This document shows positions 15,201 through 27,070 of a DNA stretch of 64,000 nt, in pieces. The position numbers and the translations under genes are program-made. Under the pieces are notes generated by a model. It did not search any database, was not told the DNA's origin, and saw only the letters and a program-made list of their open reading frames with translations. Numbering within the stretch: the stretch's first letter is position 1; each line of letters opens with the position of its first letter. The stretch comes from Takakia lepidozioides (lineage: Eukaryota > Plantae > Bryophyta). The stretch lies in NCBI GenBank assembly GCA_030704615.1, contig CM060734.1, positions 4,030,001-4,094,000 of the forward strand, read 5' to 3'.

Positions 15201-18200
15201 AACAGGTCGAAGGCCCTAACCAAAAGCTGCTAGATATCTTTTGCGGACAAGCCAGCTGCAGAACCAAAAGCTGGAATACACTGCAAAAGGAATACGAAGG
15301 AGGTGAATCTTCCCTCCTCCATAAGGGCCAATGACACATTGAACCAGGGTATTGAAAATAGAAGTCGAAACCAGACTCGTCCCCACTAAACACTCCTAAC
15401 CTTCCTTTGGGGTCAGGGTCCTCAAGGATACAAACCGTCCTGGAGACTTTATGCTGAGAGCGGTTGTGCAGTGCCAGGACACTGGCCACAAGGCCGCGGT
15501 ATCTGTAACGGGCAGAGCATCATCTCAGAGAATGTTCCCCCTCATCTACATGACCATAACTATGATAGTGGCATAGCATTGCATTTCTATATAAGATCTA
15601 TCGTGTCTAGGAACTGACATGGTGCTGTCAACGAATGACAACAACTCTGTCACCATCGCTTACTAAGAAAGATACAAAGAGTTCCAGTGCATGGGGAAGC
15701 TTTACACCAGACTCAGCTTTGACTGTCAATGAGGAGGAGCTCAGCTCAAACGTGCACCAGAGAGTGATCTTGCTGGAGGATCAAAGTTATGTTTATGTAC
15801 ACTCCACTCATGCATCCATCTCACTCAAAACTCAAGAATCTGACACAACGCATTTTGAAAACATAGACAAAACGTGTTATAAAGTGCACCTCTGCAGGAC
15901 TTAGACCGTCATTGTCCGCAGCTTTCTCCTCTGCTGTGATCCTCCGATGTCTTCGCAAAAGCTGCAACAAAACGTGCAGTCAAGACTCTTGCATTTGAAC
16001 ATGTCCAACCAAACCACACAAAAGGGGTCTCTCTCTGCCTCTCTGCCCAGAGAGTGACCCTCTTCAGGAACATCAAGAACATGGCTCCTGGACCTCTGTT
16101 CACCAACTTTCAAAAATCTCGAGGCTGAGCCTAAAGCCCTCGGCCTGTTGGGGTCTAACTTTTGGGTTGATCACGCACAGCAGATTGATGCTTGTGCGAA
16201 GGCCTTTCTATAGGAAAGCCCGAACTAATTGTTTATGTTAAGGTAAGTCACACTACTGGAATGAGCCCCTCACAAAGGTAGTGTCTATTCCCTATGTTTC
16301 TATCCAAACTGGGAGCAGGGTCTATGGCCACAAGGCTCTTATGAGTACAATCTGTCTCTCTATTCTCCCTGTCCTCTAGGAAGCCTATTGCCATTGGGTG
16401 GACTTGATATGGGAGTACATTAATGTCTCTGTGACTAAATGCCGGCCTTGTGACCTCGTGTCTTTGTTTGTTTCGACCTGAAGCACTTTGCTCCAGGTAA
16501 GGTAGTGCATTGGATTTAGTTGGAAAGCTTGGAGCCTTTCCCTCTTTAGAATATGCCTACACGGGCCATTCCTGCAAGAAACAACTCGAAGTGGGACAAG
16601 TTCTTCGGACTAATGATATTCATATCTGTGCTGGGCAAGAAACATGGGAAACGTCGGATAAACTGGTTGGAGATGTCAATGGTTATAAATGGGCAGGTAA
16701 GATGTGTACTCTCAAGGCAGCCTCTGGCAAACGCGGTCAAAAAGGGGTTGGATTCTTTATCCGTGATTTCTTGTTTGACAATTGTGAAATTATCAATGAG
16801 GGTTTGAGGTACGAGCATAGTATCTGGCTAAAACTGATCTGAAGGGTGGCATGAGTACGAAGGACCTCTTTGTGGGTTGTGTTTACATGCCCACAGAGGG
16901 GACCCTTAGTGCTGACGCAGACAAAGCCTTCGAAGATGTAAAGCTAGACTGTGCTTCGTTCCTTGCAAAAGGTCAGGTGATTTTATTGGGTGACTTCAAT
17001 GCCCGGGTGGGTAAAGGTCTCCATCAGGATGATATCATTGGGCCTTTTGGTGAGGACGAGCTGAACTCTAATGGCAGACGGTTAATTAACTGTCTGGAAG
17101 AGCTTCAGCTTCTGACCTTGAACAATAGGGCAAAAGGTGACCAAGTGCAGTGGACTCGTGAGAAAGCCCAAACTGGGGAACGTTCCATTGTGGATTATAT
17201 CATAATGGACAAAAATTTGTTTCCCCAGAGTGCCAATGTGTTGATCGACAGAACTGATATTGGTACCTCTGACCACTTCCTGGTTTGGACTTAGATCAAA
17301 AGGTGTTTTCCCAACACCAAGAGATCTGTGAAACGTTCGATTCGGAAGTGGCGCATAGAAAAATTCCATAATGAAGAGGTCAAGGCTGAGTATGTCCAGG
17401 CCTTGCAAGAGGCTCTCCCTCATTTTGTTTGGGAGAGTTTCGTCTCCTCTGCGGCTGACAAGATCATTGGGAGGAAACTAAATGTCTGCGGTAGAGCTGT
17501 TCATTGGTGGACCAATGAGATTAAACTCAAGATAGCTGAGAGACGAGTCCTTTATAAAGAGTGCTGCAATTTGAAAACCAACAAAGAATTGTGGGCGAGG
17601 TACTACCAGATCCGTAAAGATATCAATCAGCTTGTAAGGGCTCAGAAGAAATTATACTGGGACAAGTTATACGGTGAAATAAACTCAAACCACCATGGTG
17701 GTATTGACAAGAGATTCTGGTTGGCCCTTCAACGTTTGTACAAGCCAAAAAGCTGTCAGCAAGTACAAGCGCTGAAGACTACTAAGGTAACTTCATCGGT
17801 TGACATTGTCAACCTTTGAAACCCACTACAGTATCCTTGGCAGAACTTCTAGGTCTAACAGTGAGGGGTCCTCTGATGAATGGAAGGACACAGTTGGTAA
17901 AACTGTTCCTATGATTCAAAACTGCCCTGATGAACTGGAGTATATTTCAAAAGCCTACAACGCTCCCATTACTTCTTCTGAGATTGTGGAAGCAATTGAA
18001 CATCTAAATGGATATAAAGCAGGTGGTCCTGATGGCATAGTCAACAAGCTTATCAAGCACGGTGGCGATCCCATGATAGAGGCCTTAGTTCTCCTCTTTA
18101 ACCTTATCTGGAAGACTGAAATGATCCCCTTTCGCTGGCGACAGGGGGTCATTGTCAATCTATATAAGAAGGGTGACAGAGAAGACCCGGGGAACTATCG

Positions 18201-21200
18201 TGGCATCACGCTTCTCAAAACTGTTGGCAAGATATTTTGCAGAGTTATAAGTACTCGTCTCGAGGTTGATCTGGAATCTAGAGGTTGTTTTCACGAAGGT
18301 CAAGCTGGCTTTCGGCGAAACAGGGGCTGTGTGGACCATATCTTCACTCTAAGCCAGATTATCCAGGGAAGGAAAAAAGAAGGGAAACCCACTTATGTTT
18401 TCTTCTTGGATGTCAAAAAGGCTTTTGACACAGTGTGGAGAGATGGTCTATGGCTCCGCCTCTGGTCTTGCGGAATCAAGGGAAAAATGTGGAGAGTTGT
18501 CCATAACTTGTATGCTCAAACCAAAAGCTGTGTCACTGTTAATGGACAGAAGTCTAACTTCTTTGACATAGACCAAGGTGTAGCTCAAGGATGTACCCTC
18601 TCCCCTCTGCTCTTCAATGTTTTCATCAATCAACTCCTCGAGGATGTGGAACGTGAGGGATTTGGGTTAAGGGTGGGTGATGCCACCATTCCAGCCCTTA
18701 TGTTTGCGGATGACTTCGCAGGCATAGGGGAGACTCCTTCCAACCTCCAGGAATTGATTGATTGCGCGAAGAGATACTTTGATCTTTGGGGGCTAGAGGC
18801 TAATGTCAGTAAATGTGCAGTGGTGGCATTCAACGACAGAGGAGAGGGAGGAAGTGATCTTAAGTGGCAGTGGGGTAGCCAAGAGATTCCAGTCCTCTCT
18901 TCCTACACATACCTGGGCGTTGAGTTTTCCTCCAACTGTAACTGGGATGCACATATCCAGAAAGTTGTTCAAACTGGCAAGGGCAAAGCGCTGAGTCTCA
19001 CTAAATTTTTCCACTGCAGAGGGATTAACTCTGAGGTCAAGGAAACCTTGCTTTGCCGAGTTATTAGACCTGCCTTGGAGTACGGATCTGCTATATGGGT
19101 TGATAACTCCAACCAGGCTAAGTCTCTAGAATCCATTCAAGTGGGGGTGCTTAAGGAGTGCATGTCAGCATGCTCCAAAACAGCCAATGTGGCTGTTCGG
19201 GGTGAGTTTGGCATCCCTTCCTTAAGCTCCCGACGAGATGAATTCAAGGTCAGATGGTGGGGTCAGTTTGCAACACTTGTCCGACACCAGATACCCTAAG
19301 TTAATCGACTCTATATCTTGGAAACAGGATTGCCCTGTCAAACAGGCTAAGTCCTGGCAGAAGAGAGTAGAAGAGATTCTCAAGGATCTGAATCTGGACC
19401 CGCAAGTCTTGACCTTGCTCGATAAATCTGACTTAGAGACTGTAGTGTCCAAAGCCATGTCTGTTACCAGAAATTGTCTGATGCAAATGAAGTTAGGCAG
19501 AAAACTTCCCTGAACCTGTTTCCAGTCTGTGACATGGGGGAGGATATCATGGATGACCTCAAGGGTCTACCCACTCTCGGCACCGGACTGAAATTTAAAC
19601 TCAGGGCAGGAAGCCTACCTTTGAACAGGAAACAGAAGCAGAGAGGAAAGGGAGAGTGCAATTGCCCGTTGTGTGGGCAACCCGAAGACAATATTCATTT
19701 TCTGATTCACTGTCCGGGGTACTCTCACCAGAGAGAAGCTCTCCTCCAATCTACCAAGAGAATTGTGCCTGTACCTCTGTTTACCAACTTTGAAAGTCTC
19801 GAGGCTGAGCCAAAAGCCCAGGCCCTTCTGAGGCCTAGGTTTTGGGCAAATCACACACAGCAGATTGATGCTTGGGTGAAGGGATTTCTAGAGGATATCT
19901 GGAAAACCCGAATCAATTCTATGTATAAGGTAAGTCTTACTACCAATGTCAGCCCCTGACAGAGGTAGGTTCTGTCCCTTTGGTTTCCGCTCAAACTGGG
20001 CGCGGGGTCAATGGCCACAAGGCTATGGCAAACAACGTCTTATGAGTACATTCTCTGCCTCTCTCCTGTATATACTTCAACAATGCACCAATATTGACTT
20101 GTGCACACACAATAGAATTCTGTGATCATGACCCTAAGTGGTGAGCAGGAAAAATAGCATCTGGTAGCATGTAAGACCCTGAGCACTGGCTTCTTGAAGA
20201 AGCACTGTACAAGACCAAAGAACCGAGTCTACCTGATTGATATGACTCAGCTTTGAGACACCCCCCACAAGCCTAGCCACTTCATCACCAAAGTGTTGCC
20301 GCACATGTCGCAAATCACAGCCAGTGTCATCGACCACATCGTGAAGCACTCCTGCAACTACTGTATCGGTTGCCTGTTACAAACCATGCATAAAACAAGC
20401 CTGATCTTAATCGTAACATCAGTAATGATTTCTTTGTTGGAATGGAATAGCCAGATGTTGATATCAAATCCAATCAGCTCTTGTGCTGGAGTTTGTGGAG
20501 TTAAACCACCAACGATATTCTTCGAATCAAAAGTGCATTTCTGCATGGTCTAGGTGGAAGTGTTGACGCTTATCCCTTAAGCCACCATGCTCTAAGGTGA
20601 ATACAGTTGATGCGAGAATGTGTTCTTAGGGGCTTCACTGTGATGTGGCTATTCACCTGCACCAGTTTGTTAACTCATCACTCGGTTAGGCAGGCAAGCG
20701 ATAGGTCCCCAGCATTTTCTGTGGAGAACCCGGAGAAAAACTTGTTACCACATAACCCATGTTAGTGCTCCATGGCCTTGCACAAAGGCAGGCACTTGGA
20801 TAGAGGGCAGATGGACATGAACAAATCAGCGATGGCATGATCGATCCCAGTGTGGATGAAACATCACCATAAATGACCATGTAGGCATAGCTCAAACAAA
20901 GAAAAGACTCGATGACCAAAAGTATGCTTATGCTTCAATGATGACTCAAATATGACCAAGTCAGATAATCATAACCCAATCTCTCAGAGGAATTTGGCCC
21001 TGCCCTGCCACATGAGAATACAAACTTTGACAGAAGAGTCTTGAAACACGTGTTATATTATGGTATGCGAGAAAATAACTGAAGAACGAAGTTTCGGCCT
21101 ACCGAGCACTTTGGTCTTGAACCAATTAGATCAAAACTATTACTCACCCTTTTTCCCTGTGGTGGAACCAGGGCTGCAAGGATCCTGGCGGTGTGAACAC

Positions 21201-23109
21201 AATGTGTGATGTAAGGCTCACCGGTCTTTCTCATCTGCCCAGCATGAGCATCCCTTGCATATTCAATTGCCTTCTGAACCTGCAGTGGCCATTTTCAAGG
21301 TATGTTAACGGAAGACCAAAATCTTCGCCCAAAAAGGAAATTGAGATAACAGAGCCAGAAAGATCCTATTGTGATAAGGAAATGCCACTATCTTCCAGCC
21401 TGGCACCATCGCATGAATCACAAAGCCTTCAACATCAGGGGCCATACATAGAAACCCATTTGGGATGCCAGACTCTCCAACATGCCGTACTGCTTAAATG
21501 CCAACTGTGAATTCAGCGCCTCAGGGTATAGGCTGATAAGGACACCATAAATGGAAATATTTACAAGCTTGCTGAATCTTATCTGCAACACAGTACTGCT
21601 AGTTGAGCTGGTCACTATCTCATAGCCCTTAATCATCTGACGGTTAAGCTCGAATGGTACAGAGCAATGACTTACACTCTGACATTACCAAACCTTTGGC
21701 CTAAGTAGCTCACCTCCGCCTCCTCAAAGATTCTGTAGCCAGTGACGTCCACACCATCAAACACAAGAGTAGCTGCAATATAGATGAAAACATGGTTTAA
21801 TGTCAAGTGAGGGCAGACATCAATATGAAGTATATGAAGAATAGGAAGAATAGGAATAAGAACCTAAAATTCCGAATTGAGAGCTTCCTGAGCTGAAGCC
21901 CCTTTGGAAAGTCCATAGGCATTCCCGCAACAATACCAAACCCAGTGAGCCCAGTTGCATCCCAGAAGCACAGTGCCCTTTTCCTACAGCCTAGGTCTGT
22001 GCACGGAGAAATTCATGGCGTCTCCAGTTGTGAGAAAAGGTCTGCACTTTGAGAGTTCAAATCCACAAGAAGTAACTTCACGATAGGGGAGCATCTTACA
22101 CAAGCAGGTGAGAAACCTAGGAATGTAGCAAGAAAGCAATGTTAGTGAAGGCTAAATGACCATCCTTCCAGCACAGACATTGATTAGTTAGCATATTTTT
22201 CTGACATCCGACTGCCAGTTGGAAACTTCATATGTGATAAAAAAAAAGAAGTCAGTTATTGCCGTATACAGAAATTCGGTAGGAAAATCAAGGCAAGAGC
22301 AAAACGGAGAACCACTTCCACAGAATCGAAAATCTGGATAGTTGAGCAGAGCAGGTTGTCCTCACAGCAGATAGGTTGATGATAATTTAGTGGCGCACTT
22401 CCAAGACTAGAGGCTTCTGACCGCAAGAAGGGAGACATCAAAAGGACAGTCCCAAACATGGATGACCTCTGGCATCTTCAACGAGCACCAAGAACAAGAA
22501 TTATAGACGGATGCTTTAGTCCTAATACTTACAGGGGGGTTCTTCCTTATTCCGGCTGCGACCCAGGATTCCGTCTGCATAGGGGGACAAATATGCACCA
22601 TAGACAACTGCAGCTGCTGTAACAGCTACCTGTGTTACAGTAGCCAGGGCCACCCTCAGAGCCGCTGTATGGCCCGAGGCATTAGTGGACACTGATGCAG
22701 CAGCTGTTCCTGCAGCCACAAGCTCCCCTATCATAGCCAAAGGCAGGCCTATTCCATATTGGAGATCATTTTGTCCTCGTTTGCTCTTTTTCGTAAGCTG
22801 TCTGGCTCGAATTCCTCTAATCCAAATTAGCTCTCCCCCAGAGGAGAATGAGTTTGAAAATTTCCTCAGTTTTTGCATGTTTCGTATCCCACTGTCTGTG
22901 CCTCTGTCTCTGCTTCTACCATCCACTGCTAATCGGTCCAGAATCACACGGGTGCGAACCCGTTTCTTGCAATCATCTGCATTCCATGTTGTCTTTCCCG
23001 TGATTTTATACGACTGCCGTGATCCAGTAGTATGTACTGCAGGCAAAGCCCCTGGAAGGAATTTGCATGTAGAAATTTGTCTATTGACATATTGGGAGCT
23101 CCTTGCCAT
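236..23109 (-). CDS. RSH: RelA/SpoT homologue (plant RSH; HD hydrolase + (p)ppGpp synthetase domains), multi-exon, 3' end beyond left edge
   Basis: Exons joined by hand with consistent phases: 23109-22533, 21772-21714, 21279-21148, 20373-20233, 15961-15890, 14985-14891, 14117-13985, 3658-3476, 3045-2849, 2405-2339, 1894-1761, 1455-1389, 1187-1125, 923-628, 365-236. Motifs: [112 protein letters not shown]. The basic Ser/Arg-rich N-terminus could be a plastid transit peptide (inference). Confidence 0.92.
3046..3475 (-). other. GC-AG intron in the RSH gene
   Basis: Donor CAG|GCAAGC and acceptor TGGCAG|GAA join ...ELTMQ to [10 protein letters not shown] in frame. Confidence 0.75.
4320..4410 (-). 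mobile_element. Diverged 3'-tail stub of LINE family 1
   Basis: Minus strand reads CACTACTGGAGTGAGCCCCTCACAAAGGTAGTG...TGCCCAAACTGGGCACGGGGT, matching the tail of the larger copies. Confidence 0.7.
6200..7389 (+). mobile_element. 5'-truncated RTE-X-type LINE (family 2); ORF 6236-7276 encodes the RT thumb and C-terminal CCHC region
   Basis: [28 protein letters not shown] and [14 protein letters not shown] motifs; a hairpin AAGCTC-TAC-GAGCTT (~7329-7343); a (CATTT)5 tail at 7365-7389. Confidence 0.85.
7400..8070 (-). mobile_element. Old, deleted LINE family 1 fragments (mid-ORF piece plus 3' end)
   Basis: Sequence similar to 12600-12970 and to the 3' end ([26 protein letters not shown]; terminus TTATGAGTACAT at ~7773). 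Confidence 0.75.
9494..11563 (-). mobile_element. LINE family 1 copy A (RTE-X-like; RT + CCHC), 5'-truncated and frameshifted
   Basis: ORFs 10528-11223, 10032-10700 and 9487-10029 carry [18 protein letters not shown] and CPLC..HFLIHC; ends at TTATGAGTACAT. Confidence 0.9.
11565..12037. mobile_element. Unrelated ~470-bp insert between LINE copies A and B, possibly a solo LTR
   Basis: Begins TGTTGAA and contains three GACAGATCAC repeats (~11727, 11747, 11777). It has no clean CA end or TSD. Confidence 0.3.
12039..13943 (-). mobile_element. LINE family 1 copy B, 5'-truncated, with an open 543-aa RT/CCHC ORF (12105-13736)
   Basis: [30 protein letters not shown] and YLG motifs. The 5' junction abuts a (CT)n microsatellite 41 nt into the RSH intron. 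Confidence 0.92.
16098..16350 (+). mobile_element. Diverged 3' stub of LINE family 1
   Basis: Matches the FTNF..LEAEPKA region and the tail; ends CTTATGAGTACAA followed by TCTGTCTCTC. Confidence 0.75.
16578..20051 (+). mobile_element. LINE family 1 copy C, near-complete ORF2 (APE endonuclease + RT + CCHC) with stops and frameshifts
   Basis: [21 protein letters not shown] and SDH endonuclease motifs (16578-17294); RT at 17800-19299; terminus TTATGAGTACAT|TCTCT. Confidence 0.93.
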
Positions 23110-25558
23110 GTTTGAGCTAGCCTGCTGTCAATGAAGTGCGTTGCGAAGGGGATGAGGTTATGCCATGTCCTCCTCTCCTAGTTTGCTCCTGCACATTCTG
23201 CAGGTTGTCAAAAGGTTCCTGTTGCTCAAACACATTCCCCGAATACTTCCCAGACGTGTAGGAGCGAAGCTGCTCGCTGGGTGGTGTAACAAGCTGCTCG
23301 TCGCCTAATGGCTCTAATGGCTCCTCCTCGTTGATGAGATATGTCGGTAGCAAGTATATAGTTAGATGATTTAAAAGCGGTCCGCAGACTCAGCCGCTCG
23401 ATATGTTTGTAATACTTTCCTGATTTTATTGAAAAAACAATTATGGCCACATCTCCTTGGCTCGAAATCCTATTAGCTCTTACCCGGGATCTTATGTGTC
23501 CCGGGCTCTCAGCTAGTTTCATCATCTCTCCCCGTAGGTTTCATTGGGTTCATTCCTCGCTCGATGTGTGAAGCCTCAAAGCGAGCTTGACATATATGCT
23601 CCTTTCCGACAACCAGCATGTAGCCGAGTGGTAATGGGCACATACCACGTTGGATGTGGTTGTGGGTTCAAACCACCGTATGGTGTGTCATGAAGGTGTC
23701 CACCTTCCTGTTGTAGCCCTTCGGGATCAAGTGACACCATAAGTTACGCTCCCTTGGGGAGGCGTCATACTTTACTCTTTTCCTTTCAAGAACCAATTTT
23801 TCACAATAAGGGGCAAGCAAGAAGAGACAAGCGATGTGCGAGAGGAAGATCAACACAGGAATCTGACACCAAAAGCTCTCATCCACTGCCTGTTCAAAAG
23901 CTTCACATGTGTGTAACACCAGGGTACACAGGCTCCCTGACCTGTGTTAGGCCTCATCACCATCACCCTACACGGTTTTCCTAGCCAAGGTTTTTGTCCT
24001 CGGCCCAATTTGCAGGTGCCAGGTTTTCCCTTGGTAGGTTTTTCACCCAGCAGCGGAGGGTGATTTTATCACAAATATTTACTTACTATTTATTATATTT
24101 TACTTCGCGGAGCTCAGGATTTTTCGTGGGGGGTAGGCTTCAGAGATGTGAAGGCCCAATCTCTCCTCATCTTTAATTTGCCTATTTAATCCGTGCGGCG
24201 ATACTCATTCATCTGTATAAATTTTTGGCTTAAGTACCGTTAAACCGTTACAATCATGGGTTAGCTAGGGGTTAGTTAAAGATGGTGGCCGCATCCTAGC
24301 CATCCATTTGATCTATGGCTGCAAACAGGCGCCGCGGGCTCGGCCTATTGCGCCTCACCACGCGGCATGCAGCAAGGGCTAGGGTTTTTTGTATAAAGAC
24401 GGCGCCGTTCATGCACAAGATGATTGGAGCCTCTAATGTGGTGGACTAGTCTTAGCTTGCGCATTTGGGACTTTGCGGCATTATGGCCCTACGACTTTCT
24501 AGGACTTAAAACATGGTATAAATTGTCAAGTTATTTTACCACTAGTGTGAAAATAGCTAGGAAATAGCTAGCTTTCACATATTGACATTTGGGATTGGCC
24601 CAAGTGTCAATCTAGGGGTCAAGGCAGATTTAGGCCCTGGAGTGGTTATCTTCACGGCAAGCGCGGGAGGCTCATCTTTCTCGAGTTGAACCTCACCGCG
24701 CCTAGCTATGGCGCCGTAGTGTGGATTCCCCATGGCGTGGGGTGCACTTGGCTTGACTTATATTTGAGTGATGAGGTTATATATGCATGAGTTTATGCTT
24801 CAGCTTTGTGAGCTCGCATGAGCTTGTGCTTGTATTCTTCTTCTTTATCACTCGAGAAATATGAGCTCGTATCTGTAAGTGCCAGATACGAGTTAGTTGT
24901 AGCACTTGTGGTTTTTGCTTGAGAATGAGAGAAACCAGGTTGTTATGTAAGGAGCACCGTGGAGCTCTTGGTTGTTAGAAGCGGAGGCGATGTGGGTTAC
25001 GAGGTGATAGACCTTGGCATTCGATCTTCAGCTTCAGAGATGAAAGCACCATGCTGCAGGTAATTCCAGAGCACCTTGATGGTTTCAGATTGTGTACATG
25101 CATGAGCAAGCACGATTGGGAAGAGGACCAGTCAAGAGCAGGTTATAGTGGCGTTGGTGGCAAAGCTGAGAACTGGACTTGGGAATGCGAGCTTTCATTG
25201 TGTGAAGGATTGCAAGACCAAGCGAAAGGGCTGATTTGGCTTGGGGCAAATTAGTGCACTTTGTGGAGTATGTTGAGATTGGGTTTCAATCTCGAGCTTC
25301 AGCATTGAGAGGGCTCTTGTCATGGCAAGAGCAGGGCTGGAACAGGAACAAAGAGGTGCGGCAAGGCCATGGAATGTGCACCTAGGGTTTCAGAGCTTGG
25401 AAGAAGAGCTCTTGCACCACAAGATGAGTGTCTTGTGGCTGGAAATGTAAGCCTTAGGGTTTCAGGAGTTTGTGGAGTGCTCAGTCTTGTCTTAGAGAGC
25501 ATCAAGGAGCCAAAGAGCCAAGATAGGGGGCTGATATTACCTCTTGTGTGAAGAGGAT

Positions 25559-25920
25559 GCATGTGTGGAGCATGCATGCAGCCCATTGAAGCTTCCATCT
25601 TCAAGCTTGGAGGGCAAGCAAGGAAGAGGGAAGGGTTGACTTCTCTTATGTGAGGGCAATGCATGTGTAGAGCATGCTTTCAGCCTGTTGAAGGCTTGTA
25701 CTTTCAGGTTTGGGAGTGCAAGAAAAGAAGGAAGGGGCTGGTTTCCCTGTAGGGCATGTGTGGAGCATGCTTTCAGCCCGCTGAAGCTTGTATTTTCAGG
25801 TTTGTGGCCAGTGCAAGAAATGAAGCAAAGAAGCTGATTCTCTTATGGTGAGAGTGGGGCATGTGTGGAGCATGCCTTCAGCCCATTGAGGCTTTTGTTT
25901 TCAAGCTTTAGAGAGCTAGA
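25559..25920 (+). repeat. Four ~100-bp tandem repeats inside the putative 5' LTR
   Basis: GCATGTGT(G/A)GAGCATGC...CAGCC...TGA units start at ~25559, 25661, 25753 and 25859. Confidence 0.85.
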
Positions 25921-26384
25921 ATGGAAGGGCTAGGGCTGGTTCCCACTTGGGTGAAAGAAAAGCACTCGTAGGGCATATGTAAGGTAGGGTTTCAACCTCA
26001 AGCCTAGATAGAGCATGGCTCTTGAAGTGGCAGGTATAGGGGACTGGAATAGGCTCTAAGACAGATGTTATGGCCAAGGAAAATGCTTGAATGAGTACTC
26101 ACAAGGGCTGGAAACCAGCAAGGCTTGGTTGTTTGCCATTGAGTTTAGTGGCGTGTTTGGGGAGTCTAAGTAAGAAAGAAGTCTTGGTTTGTGGCAACCA
26201 TCTTCCTCATGGCTTAGGGCTACTATTGGTGGTGTGTGGGAGCCGAAAGAGCAAGAATACCTTGCTGATTTCTTCACAGCCGCCATAGCTCGGTGCAAAG
26301 AAGCCTAGAGTCCAAGAGACACAAACCCTAGCTTGGCGTGGCTAAACCCCTTGGAGAAATGGCTAAAATGCCATGAGTGGCCAT

Positions 26385-27070
26385 GGATGGGGCTGTGATG
26401 GGCTGTGACGGGTTGTGGCATGTAGGGCCGTGATCCTGTGACCTGTGTAGGGCTGTGATGGGCTGTGATAGGTGGCCTGTGGGGCTATGACGGGCTGTGA
26501 GGGGCTGTGACAGGCTGTGATGGGCTGTGAGGGGCTGTGTCAGGCTGTGCCTTGTGGCCTGTGGGGCTGTGACGAGCTGTGAGGGGCTGTGACAAGCTGT
26601 GGCCTTTGGGGCTGTGACCCATGTGACCTGTGCAGGGCTATGACAGGCTGTGATGGGCTGTGAGGGGCTCTGACAGGCTCTGCCCTGTGGCCTGTGGGGC
26701 TGTGACGGGATGTGACAGGATGTGACAGGCTGTGGCCTTTGGTGCTGTGACCCCTCTGACCTGTGTAGGGCTGTGATGGGCTCTGACAGGCTGTGGCCTT
26801 TGGGGCTGTGACCCCTGTGACCTGTGTAGGGCTATGATAGGCTGTGAGGGGCTGTGGCCTTTGGGGCCGTGACCCCTGTGACCTTTGTAGGGCTGTGAAA
26901 GACTGTGCCTGTGGCCTTTGGGGTTGTGATGGGCTGTGGCAGGCTGTGACCTGTGGCCTTGGGGGCTGTGACAGGCTGTGGCCTGTGTGGGGCTGTGACG
27001 GCTATGACCAGTGATCTGTGTGGGCCTGTGCTGGTCTGTGGTGGCTCGTGTTGACCTGTGGACGGCCTGT
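26385..27070 (+). repeat. G-rich minisatellite (GGGCTGTGAN and variants, ~10-bp period)
   Basis: Dozens of GGCTGTG/GACCTGTG units are directly visible. Confidence 0.95.

Noticed and set aside
19925-20051. Known ribozyme (hammerhead or HDV) in the LINE tail
   Set aside because: I could not find the CTGANGA/GAAA core or the HDV nested pseudoknot pattern.
23117-23525. Upstream ORFs or extra N-terminal exons of RSH
   Set aside because: They are in different frames from the main ORF with no recognisable homology, and cannot be supported without transcripts.
25559-25920. CRISPR-like repeat-spacer array
   Set aside because: The intervening segments are homologous to each other, the context is eukaryotic and no cas genes are present; this is an ordinary tandem repeat.
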